Source of the DNA: Octopus sinensis
Lineage: Eukaryota
Direction: 5' to 3'
DNA length: 64,000 nt
NCBI RefSeq assembly: GCF_006345805.1
Contig: NC_043025.1
Coordinates: forward strand, 2,852,001 to 2,916,000
The stretch's first letter is position 1, and each line of letters opens with the position of its first letter. The notes under the pieces are model-generated. The model saw only the letters and a list, made by a program, of their open reading frames with translations, was not told the DNA's origin and searched no databases. A program made the translations under genes and the position numbers. Positions 36,480 through 51,070 of the stretch are shown piece by piece.

Positions 36480-39400
36480 GGAGTGTAAATGTACAATTGC
36501 GAAGAGGTGAACTACACTTCAGAAGAAGGGATTATATAAGGCGTTACAATTTTTCCACAAGCAATGAAATAGCTGCACAGTGAAAACAGAGACATTCTTG
36601 TCTATCCATGGAATTCACCTGCGGAGTGAATCGCGTAGACATTGTGCCATCTAGTCCCAATGAGTTATCCACTTCTATTCCCTCATGGAAAGTCCGGATG
36701 GCACTGTGGAATTCTACATGTGGCGAAACGCATAACATCCGCTCGCAGACGACTCATGATGTAATTTAGGGTTGCTAATTACAGTACCTTGGGGACCATC
36801 AGGCCCAGTTGCTCGTAGAGCAGAACAGTGGACTTATGGACTACCTGCAGAGAGGAGCTGATGAGAATGTTGAGCCAAGAGCTGTCCTCGGAGTATGCAT
36901 TAATATTATCAGGATGTAATGCCCATTGCATCAGAGTATGGTAAACCTGACTTAATTGTCACATATACATCCAACCCTAAGTGCCATGAAATAGAAAATA
37001 ATATGCAGCGAAATGGGACACCAGGAAACTGGCCAGATTTGGTTGCAAGATTGTACAAGTTGCATCTCACTGAACGTCTGAAGGATATAAAGGACAGACA
37101 CGTATTTGATGTATCAATAGCTCATGCCCATGTCGCCGTTTTCAAAAGAGAAGGCTTCCACACTGCCATATGCTGGTAGACAAAGTGAAGATCAGAGATG
37201 ATTTAGTTAAGAAATTCATGATACATGGCCTTTGTATGTAGAATGGCTCTTGCCCCAAAATGTTTCCCAAGAACTACAGAAATGAGATACTACTAAATAA
37301 TAATGGATATCCATAGAACAGGAGGCGCAATAATGGGATGGCAGCACAAGTTGGACTCCACTGTGTTGAAAACAGGTATGTCGTACCATACAATGCTTAC
37401 CTATTAAAGCAATTCCGAGCTCATATTAATATAGAAGTTGGCTCCTCTGTAACAAGTGTCAAGTACATCTACAAATAAATCTACAAAGATCATAATAGCG
37501 ATTCAATTGAAGTAAGGAATGATGCAATGGCAGAAAGCAAACAAATTCAGCAAAACCATGGCGAAATCAGAAATTATTTTGTGTGTTGATACGTTTCACC
37601 TCCTGAAGCCATGTGGAGAATATTTCAGTACAAGCTGCATGACTCCTCTCACACTGTTTACAGACTAGCAGTTCAATTTGAAGACCGGGAGAGACTGTGC
37701 TTTCACAGAGGTAATACTCAGTAACCTACTCAAGAACAGAGATCGATCGTGACAATACATTCAAACTGAATGAGCACGATGAAAATTAACGGAAATACTT
37801 GTGCCCTGACATTCCTTTACGTTATGTATTTGATGTACGTACAAAATCATGAACACCCAGGAGAAGAAACAATAACATCGGCAGCAGATTGAACACAGTG
37901 AGTCCTAAGGACGTAGAAACATTTCATTTACGATTGCTATTTTGTATGTTCCAGGTACTAAGCCCTTTGAAGAAGTGAACACTGTAGGAGGTGAAATCTA
38001 TGCAACATTTAAAGATGCGTACGTATGACTTGGTCTTCTCCAAAATTATGTGATGTTGGAACATGCCATACTAAAGGTGCTGCACATCGGATGGCATTTC
38101 AGCCGCGTATCACGTTCGTTGTCCTTTGCACCTATTCAAATCCTTCTAATGTCCTTCGACTGAGGAACACTCACAAGAATACCATAATGGTAGATTATGC
38201 TCAGCGATGTTTGAATGCATACTCTACACTCTGTAAATTCTATGCAAATTGAAAATGGCATTAGCTGCCTTAATATTGGCTTGTCTGAACCAGTTCGAGT
38301 GTAACGGGTAGGGCATAAACATGACATGAACCACCCCGGCATTGCAACCGTTACCGATGAACAGAGAATGATCGCTGATGCAGTCATTGAAGACAGTTGT
38401 TAAGAAAAGGTGAGGTGGGGTGCTGGAATGTTCCTGCTTCTATGCAGAGGTTCCTGTAGGTTGGGAAAAGAATTACATATTTCATACGCTGATCTCACAT
38501 CTACGAAGAAGAAACTATCAAGTGGTGCGTGCAGAGGCATAGCTTCAACATTGATGTCTGGTGGAAGGACGGTGCACAGTTTGCTCAAATTGCAGTGTAC
38601 CACCCACCTCTGACTAGAAATTATTTGAGAAATTTGTATTTGATCATTATAGATGAGGCTTCCGTGATCCCTCTGTATTCTTTTCATGCTAATGACAAAG
38701 CTCTGAAAGAAATCACTGGGAACAATGAAGGTTTCGGTTGAAAAGTTGTGCTCATTGGTAGAGACTTCAGGCAAGTTCTGCCAATATTGTCAAGAGGAAC
38801 TCGTGAGGCAGTAATTCAGATCTCCATTAAGAACTCTCCTCTCTGGTTACACTTCAGACATTTATATGTTGAGCCAAAATAGGTCAACGACAGATCGAAG
38901 ACAATTCGCAACATGGCCACAACACATTGACAATGGCACCACAGCTCTTGTGCAAGATCCAAGTGAGTCAATGATGATGTAAAAATGCTACATGATTCAT
39001 GCTTTAATAGGTCGCTTATAAATGATGCTTTTTGGCAATGCCCCTCAAAAACAAAGAACAAGTAGAGTGATACTCTCACCAAAAAATTCAGACTGCTTCA
39101 AACGAAGAGGCTATGGATAATCTCCCAGGAGACCAGTGCTTTTATTACAGCATGGATAAGGTCTTCACAGATGACCTGCTGAAGCTGAGCGATATCCACT
39201 GGAATTTCTGATTTCAGGGACACCATCTGGAATGCCACCCCCTAGATTGCATTTGAAACCTGACTCCATAAAAATGCTCCTGGGGAATATTTCAATTCAA
39301 AATGTCTCTATAAAGGAACAAGACTGGAAGTGGAGGCCCTCCATCAAATCTCGATTAAAGCCTCAATAATAAGTGGCACATTGATCGGGAGACGTATTCT

Positions 39401-39670
39401 CATTCACGGGATAAGGCTGGCACTGAGACACCTAATCCCGTTCGCTTGACAATTGCAATGACTATCAATAAATCACATGGACAGACATTTGATAAATTGG
39501 AGCTATTCTTGCCTGAACCTGCGTATTAATGGTCAGCTATATGTTGTTTCCCAAGGGCTCACAAACATTATCTGATATTAAAGTTAAAGTTATCAACACT
39601 GACAAGCAAGGGAAAAGAAGAGGGAGTAGTTACGCGAACAACAGAATCTGTAACGAAGTATTGGATTGAA
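36480..39670 (+). mobile_element. Decayed autonomous Helitron RepHel (HUH Rep plus PIF1-like helicase)
   Basis: RRYNFSTSNEIAA; YGKPDLIVTYTSNPK; FQKRRLPHCHML (HUH); VVPYNAYLLKQFRAHINIEV..SVKYIYK; GGRTVHSLLKL; IIIDEAS; RDFRQVLPI; PSGMPPPRLHLK; AMTINKSHGQTF; GQLYV; many stops and frameshifts. Confidence 0.92.
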
Positions 39671-40454
39671 AGGTATACGCAAATTGAAATATGTATAAGC
39701 TCTGATGCACCGCCTTTCTTATGAACTACCAACGATGTGGCTTTCAGACGATGCCATGTTGCATTAAATTTTCAACCCTATGTTTTACCTATAAAATCTA
39801 TTCTTACTATAATATTTCTGTTTTATTGATATGAATTTGTGGCCATGTAAATTTTAAAATGTAATTTTTTTCTCTCCATGAACTAAATGGAAAAAACTAT
39901 TGAATATTTATTTTATGATTGCTTTGTATTAAGTCTATAAAATCGTACATGAAGTATATAAAGTACATATATAAAGTGCATAAAGTAATCGTCGTATTTC
40001 AGTTTCCTTCAATTTTCATTGGATAACAGATGAGAAACATTCTTTTCATACACACACAACACAGTCTACGCTTTCAGATTTTTTGGATAAATTTTTCAGG
40101 AGTCACCGAAAAGTTTTATTATTAATTCCGTGGAATATTCATAGATCCCGCTACTGAAATAATAAATGTTGAGTATTAAGAATCAGATGAAGTGAGAAAA
40201 GAGGACAATGAGAGAGAAGGGTAAGACGATGATGAAAATCAATATTATGATCGTGGTAATGACGACGAAGATGATGATGATGATGATGATGACGAGAATG
40301 TCGATCATAAATACGATGTTGAAGGTTGTTATGATGAGGAGCATGAATATGACGAGAAAGCGGATGAGAATGTTGATATTGATATTATCACTGAATATTC
40401 TAACAGTTCAGATGAAAAAGAAGAGGAGGAGGACGATGGGAGAAGGATGAAATG

Positions 40455-40960
40455 AAGAAATCCTGCAGATTACTCAATAGTTCAACGGAGGTATTTTCTT
40501 TTTCGTTGATCTTTAGCTTCATGTTAACATCCACTGGGCAGCTGATTTCCACAAGTGTACACAGTTTCTCTCCTCAATCCCAAATCACCATGTCAGGTCA
40601 ATTGTGTTTACATTACATTGGGATTTCCCCTGGGACATTCCGGCAACACTCCATTTTATTGGTAGCGGTTTTAGCTTGTACCATATTGTGGGATTTTATT
40701 TCTTTATCTTTGGAATTAATCATCCGACGGATCTCATTATACAGTGTCCTAGCTACATCATGTCACATCGGTAGATAAAATCATGATGACATTTTCGGAC
40801 AACTGCTTGTAATATGGGTGATATATTCGGTGTTACCGCCACGTAATCTGCATCGGCTGTCACGCTTTACTGTTTTGCCAGCATCTTTGTCCCTTTTGTG
40901 CATCAGGTATTTGGTTGATATTTCCTGTTCCTGGATTGCAAAGTAGGAGATAGTAATCCG
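40455..40960 (-). mobile_element. R4/Dong- or R2-like RLE fragment
   Basis: CRLRGGNTEYITHITSSC (CCHC remnant) and HN*PDMVIWD..LCTLVEISCPVDVN..KINEKEN. Confidence 0.65.
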
Positions 40961-41883
40961 GTTGTATCTAATATATCAAATCCGTTCTGTCTGTCTGTTT
41001 GTGCGCTTATAACTCGAGTATTTTTCATCCAATCGCACTGTAATTTTACACATGGACACATGAGAGAGCAGGGCGTTCTGTAATCTAAAAAGATTTTCAA
41101 AATTGCTTGTTTCAAAATGAGAATCACTATTTTTGTAATCTTTTCGCCCTGTTTTTCCGCCATTAAAAGCAACGTGTTTGTTCAGACAGCCGGCACATGC
41201 CATTTAGCTAGCAACAAGTGGCGTACATGATGACAGTCAACCAAAACCATCGCTTTTCTGTCTCTCTTCTTTCTTCTCTCTGTCTAGCTTATGCTGTCTG
41301 ATTCCACTTGAAGTTGTATATATATTGTGTTAAAATTCGTTTTCAATCATTTATCCTTATGGAGAAGAAACAGACAAAAGTAACCACCACATACAATAAA
41401 CAAACATCTCCACTACTTTACACCGTCCAAGTTAACCCTCTTCACTTTTGCACCTGACATGAAAAACAACGCAAAAAAGAGAAAAGATCAATTGCTATTA
41501 AAACAGGTAACATTTAGGGGTTAATAACCTTAACCTTTAGTTACAGTTTCTCATTCAAACTACATAATAAGTAGCATTTTCGGATTAAGACAGTAGGGTG
41601 TTTTGAGGGAGATTTGGCTGTTATTTCCCCTAGCTACATTGGTCTGCTTCATTGGCTCATACATAAATATATACATACATATATACATAAAATCGAAATA
41701 AAATATTTAAAGCAACAGTCGTCAAATTGAAAAGCCAAGGTCCATGCAGTGTCATGGGCCCCAAAAAATTCCAGCTTTTTGCCTAATGCGAGCCCAGAGC
41801 AATCTTTTATCTCTTACACCATTTCAGTATTACGTCTGTATTGTAATGCGAGATAATACTTTCAGTTTGAAAGAAGCCTGCCC

Positions 41884-41914
<31 letters not shown>

Positions 41915-42507
41915 GTACGAGTAAAAAAATATACAAACTGATACAAGAACGTGAAACATTTAGAAGACGACACAAAAAACACGGAAGCCCTCAATCTTCA
42001 GTCAAGAACCGGATCATCTTCGCAATTTCGGCTGATTAGTCTTGAGATTGCTCTGACCTGGGCAGCCCCAAGGGAAATCTAAGCCAAGCGCATTAGATTC
42101 CTTGGAAGAAAACCTCGAATGTATACAACACAAGGACGGAAAACGGACGGTGTTACACGAATAAAAATACAAAAATACGTAAAAACAATAATGGTAAAAT
42201 AACAACAAAACCAGGACGACAGGACGAGTTAAGTTTTGAGCTGGCTATGGAAGAGTGCCTTCAGGCCACAGAGAAGCAAACAAGTGTGTCTTGCCACAAT
42301 GACTGCTGGATGCGAAAAGGCAGTGGTCGGTGGCTGGTCACGTGAGGAAAAAAGAGAGGAAAAAGGGACAGATGAAGAGAGAAAGAAGGAGAACAAGGAA
42401 CAAGGGAGGAGAAGGAAGAGAGGGAAAGAGGCAGATCAAGAGGAGTGTAAGGTGTGACATGCAGAGAAATGTAGGAGAGGGGGGACAGATGAAGAGAGAA
42501 ATATGTA

Positions 42508-42546
<39 letters not shown>

Positions 42547-42591
42547 AAACAAGTCAAAATAGAAAATGCTAAAATAATTTTATAAAGAACA

Positions 42592-42635
42592 TTTCAGTAC
42601 CGGTTTCGGTCATTTTGAGACCTTTTCAACTGTAA
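42592..42635 (-). ncRNA. Minimal hammerhead motif with U3-A8 core
   Basis: ttacag TTGAAAA ggtc tcaaaat gacc GAAAC cg GTA ctgaaa: perfect stem II, palindromic accggt, stem I cag/ctg. Confidence 0.7.
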
Positions 42636-43099
42636 CGATTAAATAATTAAATTTAGAAAAATTAGAAGAAAAGTTTTTTTAAAGGAATATTTGTATAGTG
42701 TTCAGATATAAGTGGCATTCTGCCTTTCTCTGACTCCCTTGTTTGCACTTGTGTGTTCGAGGTCGTTGTGAATTCTTGGTAGGGTAGAAGAAGAAGGCTG
42801 ATGTGGAGAGGGGGTGGAAAAATTTGGGAGTGCCTTGATTGTTGTATTTTGAATGGTCAGTGACGGCTAGCAGTTGCAGTTCAATTCAGGAGAATATTTC
42901 TATTGAGAGGTTTGTTTATGGAATTTGCGTAGGTGTTTTACTAAAAAGCATTAGTGATAAAGTTAAGAGGTAGAAGGTGGAGCAGAAGAAGAAGAAGAAG
43001 AGAAGAAGATGACGATGTTGATGATGATGATGATGATGAAGAAGAATGCGTGAAATGAAATGACTTGATCTAAGTAATAACGTCATTCATTTCAGGAAT

Positions 43100-44900
43100 T
43101 GATCCAGGGATATTATGATCATCAGCTGAACTTCCAAAACAAGTATGCCATATAACTTCATACATGCTCCACCACCAAATCTTCTTGATGTACTCCGAGC
43201 AGAAATTGAAATCAAGCTCTCATATGCAACACCAAGCTATAGAAGGGTACCTCTCTATCAAATAATTTTGCTGAATTCAAATGTGGAATCCATTTTTTAG
43301 CATCACATCTAGATTTCAAGATACCCAAACCCTCAATTTTCACTATTTTCCTAATATTTCAGGGAAATATATTGTGAAAGATAGTACGAATGTCTATTAT
43401 GGTTTATCGATTATTTTATTAAAGGTCTGGTGTAAACATCGGGTAATGAAATAATGGCCACAGAGAGCATTAGTCCCAGGGTATTTTAATGTGAATGAAC
43501 AGACTTTAGTCCAGCCGGAGAAAATCATCCAACATCCACTTCTTATCAAGGTATCAAGGCAGATTGCAATTAAATACGATGCTGGGCTGTTGAGGTTCAG
43601 CACTAAAGAAAACCATTCAAACACATATTCATGAAAAAATTGGCATGAACAAAAATGTAAACTGTCTGTAGAAATTTAGAGATAAGATGCAAGCATTTCA
43701 GTAGAATTTCAAAAGATCCTAGTTTTGAAGACAATGCAATTTCTATGTATATTAGTACGTTCTTCTTAAGCTGTTTTTTCAAAAACAAAACAAAGACATT
43801 CTGTGGATCCAGTATTTTAAAATTCTGATGTGATCGTATTAAATTGATGTCCGTTTCGGATTCTGTGTGTCAAAAGACTCCCAGTTCGTCTCCAGTTATT
43901 TCGTTCGCCTGACGATATTTCCAAAGTATTGTCTTGAATAAAGTTCAAATTGTTTATACACCAAGAACGGGGGTTTATATTTTCATACCGTTGAATACTG
44001 ACAGATTTCATATTTTCTTTCGAGTAAAGCAGGCTTGAAGTAAAGCAGGCTTGAAGTAAAGCAGGCTTGAAGTAAAGCAGGCTTGAAGTAAAGCAGGAGT
44101 AAAGCAGGCTTGAAGCCGAATCAAACGATGACTAAATATATGGGGAGGGAGAAAAGATGGTAATCTTCAACTGAAGAATGTTTAAGACAATATGGACTTC
44201 ACTAAAGGAACTCAAAATTAATAGGTGGTGGTTTTGAACAGAGATGTGGTTTAAGACTACCATTGAAATAGACCAGTAGAGACAGAGAAAGGATACAGCA
44301 TAGCCGTGGACATGGTGTTGAAACACGGCCATTTGTAATGGGCTGAAAATTAGGCAAGTGTCTCTCACAATGTTACTTGAAAACTTAACCTTCGCTGGGC
44401 ATTATTAGCAGTGAAGATCTTTCTTGGCGAAAGTAGATCCTTTGCATAGCTAGTACGGTATCTTAAAGTCTAATCCTTCTCTTTGTAGCCAAAACTTCAG
44501 ACCATTTACAATGCTCAAGTGAAACACACAATGAAGAAATCTTTCTACATCTGGAACGGTGATACACATCCGGGATTGCATCGAAAGAAGGGTGACGTGG
44601 CTAAATTTTACTCTATCCCTAATAGACATACTCTAACAACTATCTCGCAGACAGGATATCTCTTCTCTTTGATTTAACACTGTCACTGTCATGCTACAGA
44701 TTCTTGTAGGAGTTGGCTGAGCTCTTGACCCCACCAAGCAGGTACTACCGACTCATTCGTCTATTCCTTTGCTCCTCGATCTTAAACCTCAGTTCGTTTT
44801 CAGTACTAACCTCTGTGCTAAACACTTCAACCCCTTCATCATTCCTGTAAATGTTGGCCTGTAGCAGCTTAAACGGAACGTTCATGGTATCTATCTCAGA
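43100..44900 (-). mobile_element. Possible very decayed Penelope-like element upstream of the 42592 hammerhead
   Basis: DVERF..GLKFWL and LLQAN resemble the PLE at 18640; position relative to the hammerhead is consistent. Confidence 0.3.
44022..44115. repeat. 16-bp tandem repeat
   Basis: (agtaaagcaggcttga) x about 5.5. Confidence 0.95.
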
Positions 44901-45419
44901 TTTCATTCAATTCGCGCTTAAATTATGAAAGATGAAAATATCTAACTTATTAAATAGAACATTGACTTTGCTATTCCACATCTTCAGATTTACGAGGTTT
45001 AAAGAATAACATTAATAAAACATTGCTATTTGCTTTACATTAGGATTTCTCAAATGGTGAAAACGTTCCAAATTTGTTGACAAATGGGACTGATCGAATG
45101 AATCGATCCACTTTAGTATTTGAATATTTGATTAAAACTTGAAGTGATGCAAGCCATTTAATTGGAAATAATCGCCTAGAACATAAATTAGTTCTTATGA
45201 TTTTCATGAGCATCTAATAATAATTCTGCTTATTCCTCCGTCAGTAGGAATAAGCAGAATTCTTTTTAGATAATAATAGCGCATCTGTAACACTTTTACA
45301 AGATGAATTGAAGGGAAATGCGAAGAGCGAGAGAAAAGAGGGAGTAGAGGGAAAAAGCGGGTAAGGTGAAGAGCGAGAGAAAAACAGGCAGAAAGAAAAA
45401 GAGGGAGAGAAAAAAAGGG

Positions 45420-46237
45420 TGAATCAGTATCTCAAAAAAGTGAGGATGAATATATTTCTATACGTTCTTTTCTTGAAGAGAGTATAAGTCTGCATACATA
45501 TATATTTCATAATATAACCACCTATAAACACAAATACAAACATACATATTCACGTACAATCGTACACACATACACCAAATGTTAGACATTTATGCAGACA
45601 CAAAGAGACACAAACACTCATAGACACCTTCATACACACTCTAACATGAAAATAGTAGCAGAACATTAGTTAGAGATACAGAGTGAGAAAGGAAGATGCG
45701 AAAAAATTCGTAAATAAAAAATGAAAAAACATAACCAACTTACAAGTAGGTTAAACTTGGAAGATTTTGAAAGGATCCTTGTGGGATGGTTCTGATCTTA
45801 TTGTCATTGAGATATCTGAAATATAAAACACAGTTCAAAAGAAAGAGTATTAAAAAGATTTTTTATAAAATATTAAATCTCGTATCTTTAGAATGAAAAG
45901 AGAACGATGAAGGAGAAAATGGCGGAGATGATGTTGATGATGATGATGAGGAGGATTGCGATGTTGATTGTAAATGTTGTAATAATGACGGTGAGAAGGA
46001 AAAATGATGAAGATTATTATCGAAAACGATGACAAACGCTACCGATTAATTGGTGATGACGACGTTGATTATTATGAGGTTCATAACGAAGGTGATGATG
46101 ATTCTGCATGCTAGAAATAGCAGAGTAAATGAGGGAAGGAAATAGTTATGATGACAAGATAAATTATAACGATTAGTGAATACGAAAATATGATTAGCAG
46201 AAAGACTATGAATATGATTGCGCTGACGATTATACTG

Positions 46238-46269
<32 letters not shown>

Positions 46270-47091
46270 GAGGATGATGATGATGAAAGATGTGATGAAA
46301 AATTAGAAACTGAGAAGAATAACGAAGAAAGTGAAGGAAGATAAATCATAGAACGTATATAAATAGAAAAAAAATGAAGAAGAAGAAGAAGGGGAAGAAT
46401 GAGAAGAAGAAGAAGAAAGAAGAAGAAGAAGAAGAAGAAGTACAAGAAGAAGAAGTACAAGAAGAAGAAGTACAAGAAGAAGAAGAAGTACAAGAAGAAG
46501 AAGTAGAAGAAGAGGCGAACATGATTCATGAAGAGAGGAGAAAACAGTTGAAAAAATTAAAAGCAGAAGAACCAGAATATTATGAACAAGATGAATGTAG
46601 AGAAAAAGTTGTGAAGAAGACGATAAATGCAGGAAAAGTACATATATTAAGAGAAGAAAAATAACGTGGAATATCAGAATAGGGAAACAAGTGGGAATTA
46701 AATACAAATACAGTAGTCACACATCAAACAAACACAAATACACAGATATATATATATGTGTACATACATATATCCACCTATATATACCTTATCAAATCCT
46801 GATGTATGAACGCAAACACTCACTTCAAGGCCACACATATATTCCCACTTTCTCACACACAGGCAAACACAAATTGCAAGACAATATGAATTGTAGAAGA
46901 ATGAGAGTAAATAAAGAAGATAAGAGAGACATTTAGTTTGTGGAAATGACATTGGATGACATATCGTGATCTTATTATGAAGAAGATGACTAACATAAGA
47001 GAAAGTTGATGATGAAGAATAGGCCGAAAAAGGAAACAACGATGAAGCAGCAGCAGCAGTAACAGCAGCGGTAGTAGTAGTAGTTGTTGTT

Positions 47092-47143
<52 letters not shown>

Positions 47144-48002
47144 AAGAAGAAGAAGAACACAAAGAAAAAGATGATGATGATGATGATCATGATCATGATC
47201 ATGATGATCATGATGATGATGATAACGATTATGAGCAACAACAACAGCAACAACATTAAAACAACAATAAGAGAAGTGACAGAAAATGTAGGAGCTGAAG
47301 AAAAGAATGATGTAAAAAATAAGGAGGAACCGAAGGAGTCTGTCATGAAGAAAACTTAAATATAATATTTCTGATCTTATAATAATTCTGCTTGTCATTA
47401 TGTTAATTAGTCCATCGGTAAAGCTTTCTCGTGATTAGAGAAAAAGAGGGAGAACGAAAAAGAGCGAAAGAGAAATGTCCATGACCTGAGGTAGAAGGAA
47501 CGTGGCTGTAATGCTTTCACGTGATTAGTTGAATGGAATGAGAGACCAAGAGAAAGAAAAAGGAATGAGAAAACGAAAGTAAGTCGAAGAGTGTGACAGA
47601 AAGAGAGGGAGAGGGAGAAAAGGGGAGAGAGAAAAGAGCGAGGGAGAAAAAGAGGGAGAGGACATGCGGTAGGGGGAAGGTAATATTTATTACTAGATGA
47701 AAAAGTTAGTTGAAGGTAGTGATATTGAGGAGGGTTACGAATATAATTTTAGCAGAGCGGTGATGTTCTGATGGTGAGATTAAAGGAAGGCAGATAGGTA
47801 GATAAAGAGATTGATAGATAGATAAACTGAGAAAGTGAGAGGAAGGGGGAGTGAGAGACGGTAGTAGTGGTGATGATGAGTGCATAATGCAAAGTCATTT
47901 TTGAATTGAATTAAGTATTTTATATCCCCTATCACTTAGCGCATGCTCATAAATGCCATTCTGTTAAATATTCACACTTATTTTCAGTGTCATATGTAAG
48001 GC

Positions 48003-48005
<3 letters not shown>
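45420..48005 (+). repeat. Composite block, long type, copy 2
   Basis: Colinear over about 2.3 kb with 61490-63815, including GAT/GAA/GTA microsatellites. Confidence 0.9.
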
Positions 48006-48064
<59 letters not shown>

Positions 48065-48070
<6 letters not shown>

Positions 48071-49110
48071 CAGTTAAGAAATATACACATTATAATTAAT
48101 ATATATATATTTCAATTAAAATCAAGGTGGACACACAGTAAATTCCATCTCTACAAGATCACGGTTGAGGTTGTAACTTCTTCTCATACATTCTGCCGTT
48201 GGTTGTGCTTCTGCTACGGCGAGATAGAAATTCGCAGTTTACGGTTATTTGATCTTTGTTCCAAAGCTGTGCTTATGAATTAAGCAAATTACAAAACTTG
48301 ACTGAACAATGGATAGTTAAAGAAGATTAGAAGCTACTCGCGAGAGGGCTAGGCACTACAGACAGCGGATAAGAGAAGAACAGCGGTAAGAAACCAGAGA
48401 AAGGGACAAATGGTACCAACAGGTTTGACAATCTGCAATAGAGGAAGAACAACGCAAGGCACAATTGCAGGGAGAGAGAATGCGAGTCCAAGGTAGAAGA
48501 CAGGATGAAGAAGAACGATCTCAGTACAAGGAACAACAAAGATTGATATTTCAGCGGAGAATGGAAATCATGAATGATATGCAGCGTCCGCAGTAACAGG
48601 ACCAACAGAAAAGCGTAATGTAACAGAGAAGGGAGAATATGGATGATTTGGAAAGGGCTGCTTGTCTCCAAGGTCCAACAGAGAGACATCAAGATGGAGT
48701 TGCAGGTATGAATGCTGAACAGGCGTTACCTTGTTCGAGATGAACAGGTGCAACGAAAGCGTGAAGGAAGACATGGACTACCACTGAACAGACACAATAA
48801 TCCTAAACGAACATATCGTATTGGTGATATGTACTTATATTGCGAGTATTGTGTGGCACTGAACTTTAAATATGAAAACTTCATGTTCTGTCACAATAAA
48901 AAAGTGAATTTTCCTCCACTGCAACTAAACCCTCAGACATTGAAGCGTTTGCCTGAGAAAATTACCAAGAGTCTGCTTCATTTCGAAAAAAAACATCAGC
49001 AATTACAACTGCATATCTTCCTTTACGTCATTTGGTGTGAAACTCTCTGTGCCGCAAGGAAGAGGTCTACATTGTTTCCATATTGTTGTGGAAGGATTTC
49101 GACCACCTTC
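48065..49110 (+). mobile_element. Helitron N-terminal remnant, copy 3
   Basis: RIGDMYLYCEYCVALNFKYENFMFCHNKKVNFPPL; followed by Helitron-like NYNCISSFTSFG. Confidence 0.7.
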
Positions 49111-49154
49111 CAATTGACTAAAAGGGAACTGACACATTCCTATTAAATAGACAA

Positions 49155-49975
49155 ATGTCGAGTCTTCAGCAATTAATTGGTAAGTAGTTCACTGTGTGCC
49201 AGTGACAGAGAGCGTTGGGTAATCGATTCGTGTCATGTAAACATTTTCTTTCACACTGATTCCTTAAATCCTACGTTCCAAACCAGGGTATAAAAGTGGC
49301 GAAGAGTTCTTCGAAGTTTGCGTTGGACGTTTAGATTTGTTTGGGATGGGTATGAAACCAAAGAAAAATCGTTTAAGATAGAAGGCTTATTGGCGTCTGT
49401 GGTGCAGTTGCAACAGCAACAATAGTAACAACAAGAGCAACTACAACAGCAACAACAACAAAACCAAGAGTTACTGGAATCAATGTAAAAGACGTCTATA
49501 AATACTTCAGGTGCGAACTTGCCAGACGGCGTCACAATCTCTATTGAAGTATTCAGTTATAATCCAGAAGATGGGATTACTTTCTCAGCATATTTTCGAA
49601 GATACGAATAAATTTTCAAAGAAGAATTTAAAAATTGATCTGAGAGGAAAAATAGTACGACTACTTGTAAGAAAGTTATCCCTTGCCGAATACAAAAAAT
49701 ATAGTAATTATATTCTGCCGAAGAAGCCAGGTGAGATTTGTTTCAATAAAAACAATTAAGACTTTATCACATGATTTAGAACTGGACAAAAATTATCTCT
49801 TCAGACAGAAGCAGAAGAATGCCAGGGAAGACGAAAAAAATGAAGAAAGCGACGCACAAAACGAAATTGAAGGAAAAGATTGCTCTCATATTCCAGTGTC
49901 TCCATCGTAACGGATAAGAAATAGGGAGAAAAATGTCAAGATCGAATCCATGTTGTGGGTGCAATGGTTTCAACC
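49155..49975 (+). mobile_element. Ty3/Gypsy LTR retrotransposon remnant (LTR end, PBS, gag N-terminus)
   Basis: tggcgaagag PBS-like at about 49297; Q-rich start; FSYNPEDGITFSAYFRRYE; KIVRLLVRKLSLAEYKKYSNYILPKKP matches the K02A2.6-like gypsy gag pattern. Confidence 0.7.
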
Positions 49976-49979
49976 AAAT

Positions 49980-51070
49980 TTAACCAAATTGCCCCGAGCT
50001 ATATGTCACTGTACAAATAGAAAATGACGACTTCCAATTTCAGCACCTCTTGTAAATGTTGAGTTAAAAATAATTCATATCAATGAAGCAGCATCTTAAG
50101 AAAAGTGAGAATGAATATATTTCTATACGTTCGTTTCTTTTCTTGAAGTGTATATAGATTTTTCCAACGAACTCTGCATAAATATGCATTTCCTAATAGA
50201 CATTGATGGTGACGCATAGAGACACAAACAATTCCAGAGACTTTCATGCACACTCCAACACGAATTTGGTAGCGGAATATACGTTAGAGATACAGAGAGA
50301 AAAAGAAAGATGAAAAGACATTAAGTTCCTAGAAAAATTTCGTAAATAATATAATATCAAAAAACTTAAGCAACTTACAAGAAGATTAAACTTGGAAGAT
50401 TTTTAAAGGATCCTTGTTGGATGGTTGTGATCTGATTCTTCCAGAAATTTCTGAAACATAAAACACGGGTCAAAAGAAAAAGTATTAAAAAGATTTCTGA
50501 TAAAATATTAAATCTTGTATCTTTAAAATCATATTAAGAAAAAAAGGATGATTAAGGAGAAAATGGCCGCGATGATCTTGATGATGATGATGAGGGGGGG
50601 GGGATGTTGATAGTAAATGTTGTAACAAGGACGGCGAGGAGGATTCGGGGGATAGTGATGATGATTATTATCGAGAACGTCGAGAATGGCTTCGATGAAT
50701 TGGTGATGACGATGTTGATTATTGCGATGTTCATAACGAAGGTGATGACGATCTTATAATAATTCTGCTTGTCATTATGTTAATTAGTCCGTCGGTAACG
50801 CTTTCTCGTGATTAGAGAAAAAGAGGGAAAGTGAAGTGTCCATGATATGAGGTTGAAGGAACGTAACTGTAACGCTTTCAAGTGATAGGTGAATGCAAAG
50901 AGAGACCAAGAGAAAGAAAAAGGAGAGAGAAAAAGAGGAAGAGGGCATGTGGTAGGGGGAACGTACTATTTATTACACGATAAAAAACTTAGTTGAAGGT
51001 AGTGATATTGAGGAGAGTGAGAAACAGAATTGTAGCAGAGGATCGATGTTCTGATGGTGAGATTAAAGAA
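49980..51070 (+). repeat. Composite block, short type, copy 2
   Basis: Matches 35180-36210. Confidence 0.85.

Noticed and set aside
44022-44115. Short direct repeats as a CRISPR array
   Set aside because: No spacers; simple tandem repeat in eukaryotic DNA.
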